A stretch of 63,916 nt of DNA, counting the filler, from Basidiobolus meristosporus CBS 931.73 (lineage: Eukaryota; Fungi; Basidiobolomycota), in NCBI GenBank assembly GCA_002104905.1. It is 4 parts of 4 records of this genome, joined end to end, with 100 filler letters (N's around TTAATTAATTAA, not from the genome) between each part and the next. Parts side by side here need not be neighbours in the genome. Positions count along the whole stretch, not along the records: positions 53,755 to 63,916 come from MCFE01001306.1; 3 more parts are not named here. The stretch is one strand, 5' to 3'. Positions 58,697-63,916 of this stretch are shown here, one piece after another (position 1 is the stretch's first letter; each line of letters begins with the position of its first letter). The translations under genes were made by a program, and so were the position numbers. A model generated the notes under the pieces. It was not told where the DNA came from. It saw only the letters and a program-made list of their open reading frames with translations, and ran no database searches.

Positions 58697-61465
58697 CTAC
58701 TGTTGTAGCTTTGATACAAGAGTGTGTAGCTGAGGGGAATTTGTAGGTAAGTTAATAAGAAGTGATGATAGTTCTTCAGTGCTCAAGACACTGTTCAGTG
58801 GGAAGGGGGGTAGCAAGAGAGGTAAGAATGACTTGTGAACAACATTAATGAGGGGAATGTGATAAGGATTGATATTCATCATAAAGGGAGTGTGCTGCTG
58901 CAGATATTGCTGCCAAAGGTCTGTCAAGTACTTCAGGTAGGCCAGCTTGGGTTTTTCTGACTGCAGAATATAGTGAGCAAACTTCTTGACTTCAGGATCT
59001 CCAAGTATAGTTCTCCAGCAGGAGCCAGGTGTTGTGTGGTGTGTTCTCTTCCAGGCCTTAATCAGTGGGTTGTTGCAGTTGTGAAGTCTGAGGTATAATC
59101 TGGTTCTAAGGTAGAGAAGTCTGATCTTATAGGGCATAAACCCAAAAGCACCAAGAATAGCATGTCTGTAGGGGCATTCAGGCAAATGAGGCACCAAGGA
59201 GGTAATGCACCATACTGCAAACTTGTCAAGCTTAGTGCAGTCTCTAGAAGTAAGAGAGAGAAGTGGTAAGCCAAATTCCAGGACAGGGAAGACAAACTGC
59301 TTGAGTAGAAGGAGGCAGCTGGGAGCTGAAGTTGTAGGAGGAGTAACAGCCAGTAGCTTGTGGAGTGCCTGTCTTGCCAGGATAATTCTCTTCTTCAGGT
59401 GTGCTCCAGAGTCTAGTCCAGTAGGAAGGAAAGGAAAGCCAAGATATGTAGCAGAAACCTGAGCAGGTAGAGTGGAGTTCTCCAAGTTGATGGGAGAGCC
59501 CAAAGGTACTGTCTTTGCAATGGAAAGCTGGAGATTATTCTTCTGCAGATACTGGTGGATGGTCTGGGAGTCTTGTTGCACATTGGAGGAGGATATTCTG
59601 ATGTCATCAGCAAAGAGAGTAACCAGGCAGTCAGCTGAGAGTCTTGGGAAATCATTCAGGAAGATGGCAAACAGTATAGGACCAAGCACAGAGCCTTGAA
59701 CCACTCCATTAGGAACTGAGAACACAGCTGATTGCTCACTTGGGTGCAGAATTCTTGCTTGTGGATCCAGAAACAGAGACCTGACAAGGAGGGTGAGAGA
59801 GGTACTGGAGAAGCATTGCAACTTGGACCAAAGCAGATTTCTGTCAACTGAATCAAAGGCCTTAGTAATATCAAACAGAACAGAGGGATACTTGTACTGG
59901 AGAGAGTGATCTTGGCTAAGTATGACTGCATATTCCAAGGAGAGGCCAGGAACAAAGCCAAACTGAGCAGGATGAAACTTGAGAGAGTCAGAGTAGAGCT
60001 CCTGAGCAAGCAGAAGCTCAAACACCTTTCTGCAGGTGGGCAGCAGAGATATTGGCCTGTAGGAGCTAGGATCCAGGTGCTTTCCTTTACCCTTGTACAG
60101 TGGCAGAACATTTGCAAAGGACCATTCCTCAGGAGTAGAAAGCTGGGCTGAGCATTGCTGAAACAGTGGAAGCAGAAGTGCAGACATGGCCTTGGTACTA
60201 GTCTTCAGAAGCTCATAGGAGATTGTGTCCACACCTGGAGCAGTAGAGTTGGGAAGCCTCTTGAGCACATTATGGATTCTCCTTTGATCAAGTGCAAGTG
60301 GGATGGGCAGAGTCTTGAAGTCAGGATGAAAGCCAGGAGTTGAGTACTGCTTTGTAGAGAAGAAGATGTTAGCCAGCTGTTCTGTTGAAGGTAACTTCCT
60401 GGAAGAGGGCCTCATTGCCCTGTAGAGTCTTGATACTGTTCTTGTTATAGAGTTGGAAGATTGCAGAGGCAAGGAACTCATAATATGATCCCAGAGCTGA
60501 GTATGCAGAGTGTGGTGAATTGCCTTGGAGTGGTGTATTGCTGTCAGGAGGAGTTTCTCTGTTTTTGGGTTAGGGAAGCTCAGGTAGCTTTGTTGCAGGG
60601 CTGAAACAATGGATTCCCATTTTCTTGAGGTAACAGCAGTAGTCTTGCATGGCAGTGAGAGGGAGGCAGACACCAGAATCAGATGCTTCACAAAGAGCCA
60701 GGCAAAGTTGAGATCATCTGGCAGAGAAAGTAGCAAACTGGCAAGCTTCAAGTAGTTCCCAAAGTCTTTCTTCTGATTCTTGGTAGCTTTGTGGGTGAGC
60801 ACAGTAAGTTTTGGCAGCTTCTTCTTCACAACTGGTTGCATAGAAAGGGACCAGGCTGGGTGGTCAGAGGCTCTCAAGGATCCTAGCTCAGCTCCAGAGA
60901 ATTGCTTAACTTCATTCACAAAGTAGAGGGCAGCAGCAGAAGGGCAGATCCAGTCAACACATCTTTTCTCAGATTGGGCACCTAGTGCTAGCAGGTGGCT
61001 TTCTCTCAGGAAGTTCAGTAGGAATGTAGACCTTGGCTTCATTCTTGCAGTCAGAGTAGTCTTGTTCTCAGGATGGGGAATGTTGAGATCTCCAAGCAAG
61101 ATAACAGGTGTTGATATAGATTGTTGGTATTGCTGAACCTTCTGGCATATAACTTGCACTTCCTGAAGGGCTAGGCTTGGAGGCAGATAGCAGAGCACCA
61201 GACTGATAGTTGGCAACTGGAGAGCAGCACAGTAAGGGGAGTAAAGAGGAACACAGAGCTGAGGAGTATTGATGGTAGAAGAGATGAAGCAGATAGAGGA
61301 GGTATTCTTTGTTCTAGGAGTAGAAAAGCAATATAGATTAGTCAAAAGTATAGAGGGTAGCTGGACATCAATCAAACACAGGAGGGAAAATATTGAAAGA
61401 AGTCTCTCTAGAGTTGGTCTTGATGGCTGTATGCTGTTGCAGTTAAGCAACAGAACTTCAGGTAG
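58697..61465 (-). CDS. ORF2: apurinic-like endonuclease plus reverse transcriptase; no initiating ATG
   Basis: EN: EVLLLNCNSI, LCYLPP, ILLGDLN, CVDWI, ASDH. RT: YRPISLL, QFGF, DITKAFDSVD, GVVQGSVLGP, LFADD, YLGF. The first Met lies after GDLN. Confidence 0.93.
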   Translation of the reverse strand, partial: LPEVLLLNCNSIQPSRPTLERLLSIFSLLCLIDVQLPSILLTNLYCFSTPRTKNTSSICFISSTINTPQLCVPLYSPYCAALQLPTISLVLCYLPPSLALQEVQVICQKVQQYQQSISTPVILLGDLNIPHPENKTTLTARMKPRSTFLLNFLRESHLLALGAQSEKRCVDWICPSAAALYFVNEVKQFSGAELGSLRASDHPAWSLSMQPVVKKKLPKLTVLTHKATKNQKKDFGNYLKLASLLLSLPDDLNFAWLFVKHLILVSASLSLPCKTTAVTSRKWESIVSALQQSYLSFPNPKTEKLLLTAIHHSKAIHHTLHTQLWDHIMSSLPLQSSNSITRTVSRLYRAMRPSSRKLPSTEQLANIFFSTKQYSTPGFHPDFKTLPIPLALDQRRIHNVLKRLPNSTAPGVDTISYELLKTSTKAMSALLLPLFQQCSAQLSTPEEWSFANVLPLYKGKGKHLDPSSYRPISLLPTCRKVFELLLAQELYSDSLKFHPAQFGFVPGLSLEYAVILSQDHSLQYKYPSVLFDITKAFDSVDRNLLWSKLQCFSSTSLTLLVRSLFLDPQARILHPSEQSAVFSVPNGVVQGSVLGPILFAIFLNDFPRLSADCLVTLFADDIRISSSNVQQDSQTIHQYLQKNNLQLSIAKTVPLGSPINLENSTLPAQVSATYLGFPFLPTGLDSGAHLKKRIILARQALHKLLAVTPPTTSAPSCLLLLKQFVFPVLEFGLPLLSLTSRDCTKLDKFAVWCITSLVPHLPECPYRHAILGAFGFMPYKIRLLYLRTRLYLRLHNCNNPLIKAWKRTHHTTPGSCWRTILGDPEVKKFAHYILQSEKPKLAYLKYLTDLWQQYLQQHTPFMMNINPYHIPLINVVHKSFLPLLLPPFPLNSVLSTEELSSLLINLPTNSPQLHTLVSKLQQ

Positions 61466-62740
61466 TCAGGCAGAGGTTGTAGCTTCTTCAGAGGCAGCAT
61501 TAACAATGTGACCTGCAGAGTCCCAGAGCTCTTCAAATGGTGCATCACTTAAGTCAGCAAGGAGGGAAATGGCATGGTTCTTGAGGAAGTATGCCACATC
61601 ATAGGAGGGGGCTTGTCTCTTGATGGCAGCAAAGAAAGACAGAATGGCAACATGGGCTGGAGGCTTGTTGAACAGTAGAGAGTCAGAGGATTCAGATTCT
61701 TCAGGCACTATCTTGAAGTCAGTTTTCAGCCAGTTAAGGTTCTTCTCCACAAAGGCAACAAATGGGTCAGCAATGTTTTGGTCTAGGATAACCTCCAGAA
61801 TCTTCCCTTTTCTCCAGGCCAGGTTGACAATTCTTGAGAGCTGAATATTGCATGCCTTGAGTGCTTTCCTGATGTTGGAAATGGGGGTCCAGGGAACTTG
61901 CTTCAAGTACACCACAGTCCAGGTAGAAGCTGGTGGTAGGTTTGCTGGGGGCTTGTAAGTCCTTCTGTGTTGCAATGGAGCTGCAGTAGTCAGATTGGAG
62001 TCCACATTCTCAGTAGAAGGTTTTCTTGATGTGTCTTGCTGAATAGTACTGGAGCTGGATGTGCTGATAATTCTTGCTAGAACCTTGCCTGCATATGTCT
62101 GAGGTATAGCTGAGGTGACTGTAGAGGTGGTGGCAGCTGGTGCAGGTGGAGAGGCAGAGACTGAAGCAGGAACTGAGGTCACCTGGGAGAAGGCAGTAGA
62201 AGCAGGTTTTCTGGGAGGAACAGAGTTCACTATCCAGTTGTTCTGTAAAACACTGGAGTAGCTTTTCTGTGGAACAGGATCCTGCTCTTGAACAGGAACA
62301 GAAGCAGGAGGCTGGGGCTGAGCAGTAGTGGCAAGGCAGTGGCACTCCAAGGAAGCTTTTTGCAAGGCATCTCTGGCAGTTTTCAGGGCAGTATTGGCTT
62401 CATTCTTGAGCTTCTTGCATTGGGCATCCAGTCTCTTGTTTTCAATAGCCAGGGCAGTATTGGCAGCCTCTAAATCAGCAATTCTCTTCTCAATTGCAAG
62501 GAATCTCTGAAGAAATGCATCAGTAGAAGTGCTGGCATCTGGGAGAGCAGTGGCAGGAATAGAGTCCATTGACAGTGGGCTTCTTGGAGGCAAGGAAAGT
62601 GGACTGGCAGATTCGGGCACAAAAGGAGATATCCTGGCAGGAGGAGAAGGAGTATCCAAGGCAGTAACAGAGGCAATTCTTGTTGGTGAAGCAGCAGCAG
62701 GGGAGGCAAGCCTGTTCAAAAACTGGGCAGGAGAGAGTGC
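61466..62740 (-). CDS. ORF1 (coiled coil, Pro/Ser/Ala linker, conserved C-terminal domain); first ATG at 62569 but the frame is open to the junction
   Basis: RFLAIEKRIADLEAANTALAIENKRL coiled coil; C-terminal domain paralogous to the ORF at 62875-63597. Confidence 0.8.
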   Translation of the reverse strand, partial: ALSPAQFLNRLASPAAASPTRIASVTALDTPSPPARISPFVPESASPLSLPPRSPLSMDSIPATALPDASTSTDAFLQRFLAIEKRIADLEAANTALAIENKRLDAQCKKLKNEANTALKTARDALQKASLECHCLATTAQPQPPASVPVQEQDPVPQKSYSSVLQNNWIVNSVPPRKPASTAFSQVTSVPASVSASPPAPAATTSTVTSAIPQTYAGKVLARIISTSSSSTIQQDTSRKPSTENVDSNLTTAAPLQHRRTYKPPANLPPASTWTVVYLKQVPWTPISNIRKALKACNIQLSRIVNLAWRKGKILEVILDQNIADPFVAFVEKNLNWLKTDFKIVPEESESSDSLLFNKPPAHVAILSFFAAIKRQAPSYDVAYFLKNHAISLLADLSDAPFEELWDSAGHIVNAASEEATTSA

Positions 62741-63698
62741 TTGGGGAGGGAAAGTCACCAAAGTAGGTGAAATCTTTATTTGATTTCAGACAAGTCTAAC
62801 TACAAATAAAGAAGCCAGCTGGGAATAGAAGATTCCCAAAGTAAACACAAAGTTGAATATGAATAAATCTAAGCTTAAGTTAAGGCAGTATCCCAGAGTA
62901 CACTGGAGTTCAGGTTCATGGGGGAGTGAAGTAGATAAGCTTGAGAGATATAATAATCTTTTAAGAAGTGGGTAACAGCAGGTGAAGGGGAGTTTTTGAT
63001 AAGTGAAGTGAATCTTGAGATCAGAGATTCCTCTAATGAGAAGGTCTTGTAAACTGGAGAATCAGGAAACTCTTTGAAGGCATGGTCAGTAGGTTCCCAG
63101 TAAAACTGGTCAGAGACATTTTGAGAGAATTGTTTAGCAATACTTTTGTCAAGTACTACCTCCAGAGTGTGATGGTTGATAAATCTCATGTTGACAATCT
63201 TGGATAAGTTGTAACCTTGTTGCTTGAGATACATCCTATGCTCAGATATAGGAATAAACTCCACATTGGCAAAGTAGCAGACAGCCCAGTCAGTAGCAGG
63301 AGGCAAATCAGAAGTGGCAGGAAACTTTCTTTTGGTCTTGAGAGGAGCAGCAGGATGTCTTGAGGAAGCAGGAACAGGCTTTTTGACAGCTTCAGAGTAG
63401 GAAGAGTGAGCAGGAGCAGATGATTCTTGGGGAGTCTTGTTGGCAGGAAGAGTTGGCTCAGGGACAATAGATTCTTGCAGATCAGAGATGGCAGAAAAGA
63501 GCTTTTGAACTTGTTTCTTGAGTAGAGCATTTTCAGCTTCAACAAGTGCAAGCCTTTCCTCAAGGAAAGAAATCTGAAGGGAATGGAGTGAAGGCATAAG
63601 AGATCAGAAGAAGAGGGTAAGATGGGGTGGGTGGGTGGGAAAATTAGCAGGGAGAAGAGAAGGAAGGAGCAAAAATTCCAGAAGTCAGAATTTATGGA
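62741..63698 (-). mobile_element. ORF1-only terminal retroelement sharing the 3' end of the APE-RT element
   Basis: 62741-62819 repeats the motifs of 58640-58695 (gctggcttcttt, aaataaagatttcacc..ggtgact, C-rich end). One ORF and a 101-nt pyrimidine-rich 5' leader abutting the telomere. Confidence 0.75.
62875..63597 (-). CDS. ORF1-paralog, 240 aa
   Basis: LPPATDWAVCYFANVEFIPISEHRMYL...LSKIVNMRF...LEVVLDKSIA aligns with ORF1 LPPASTWTVVYLKQVPWTPISNIRKAL...LSRIVNLAW...LEVILDQNIA; N-terminal coiled coil. Confidence 0.85.
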   Translation of the reverse strand: MPSLHSLQISFLEERLALVEAENALLKKQVQKLFSAISDLQESIVPEPTLPANKTPQESSAPAHSSYSEAVKKPVPASSRHPAAPLKTKRKFPATSDLPPATDWAVCYFANVEFIPISEHRMYLKQQGYNLSKIVNMRFINHHTLEVVLDKSIAKQFSQNVSDQFYWEPTDHAFKEFPDSPVYKTFSLEESLISRFTSLIKNSPSPAVTHFLKDYYISQAYLLHSPMNLNSSVLWDTALT

Positions 63699-63916
63699 TT
63701 AGGGTTAGGGTTAGGGTTAGGGTTAGGGTTAGGGTTAGGGTTAGGGTTAGGGTTAGGGTTAGGGTTAGGGTTAGGGTTAGGGTTAGGGTTAGGGTTAGGG
63801 TTAGGGTTAGGGTTAGGGTTAGGGTTAGGGTTAGGGTTAGGGTTAGGGTTAGGGTTAGGGTTAGGGTTAGGGTTAGGGTTAGGGTTAGGGTTAGGGTTAG
63901 GGTTAGGGTTAGGGTT
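63699..63916 (+). repeat. Telomere (TTAGGG)n, about 36 units
   Basis: Perfect hexamer array running to the end of the window. Confidence 0.99.

Larger units (their letters stand above)
58640..62740 (-). mobile_element. Telomere-associated non-LTR retrotransposon (ORF1 plus APE-RT), 3' end facing the centromere
   Basis: ORF1 61466-62740, ORF2 58697-61465, short 3' UTR with AATAAA and a TCACC/GGTGA hairpin. No poly(A) tail and no TSD visible. Confidence 0.9.

Noticed and set aside
58640-58700. Possible hammerhead or HDV ribozyme at the retroelement 3' end
   Set aside because: No CTGATGA/GAAA core or nested HDV pairing could be found by eye; only a small hairpin is supported.
58697-61465. Penelope-like (Coprina/Athena) or telomerase identity for the telomeric RT
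   Set aside because: The N-terminal AP-endonuclease motifs and LINE-type RT motifs (YRPISLL, QGSVLGP, FADD) indicate a non-LTR retrotransposon.
1-63916. Species assignment
   Set aside because: LYS9, short introns, TTAGGG and CpG-depleted repeats suggest a fungus, possibly early-diverging, but the sequence alone cannot name it.

Overview
Fungal-type eukaryotic chromosome end. The scaffold has four contigs joined by three 100-nt N pads and finishes in about 36 TTAGGG repeats (63699-63916). Only two host genes are recognisable: a partial, intron-containing DHTKD1-like 2-oxoadipate dehydrogenase E1 (1-~1037, minus; absent from the ORF track) and LYS9 saccharopine reductase (24492-25969, plus). 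The rest is nested transposon debris. It includes one intact, very young Ty3/gypsy chromovirus (identical 529-bp LTRs, GGTGT TSD, self-priming PBS, GGGAAAC frameshift plus hairpin) and a second gypsy family with a tRNA-Lys PBS and 4-bp CpG-centred targets. It also holds three to four decayed Ty1/copia copies primed by half-tRNA-iMet, CACTA-like remnants, a PIF/Harbinger-superfamily element with ANT TSDs and three foldback partners, and an intronless Kelch-SNF2 pseudogene. The most striking structure is the last 5.3 kb. A Harbinger copy is broken off at a 10-nt telomere scar (AGGGTTAGGG). After the scar come an AP-endonuclease/RT non-LTR retrotransposon whose ORF2 follows ORF1 in frame across one UGA-CUA, then an ORF1-only element with the same 3' end, then the telomere. 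This resembles a HeT-A/TART-like telomeric retroelement pair on a TTAGGG chromosome. All alignments were done by eye and no database searches were run.
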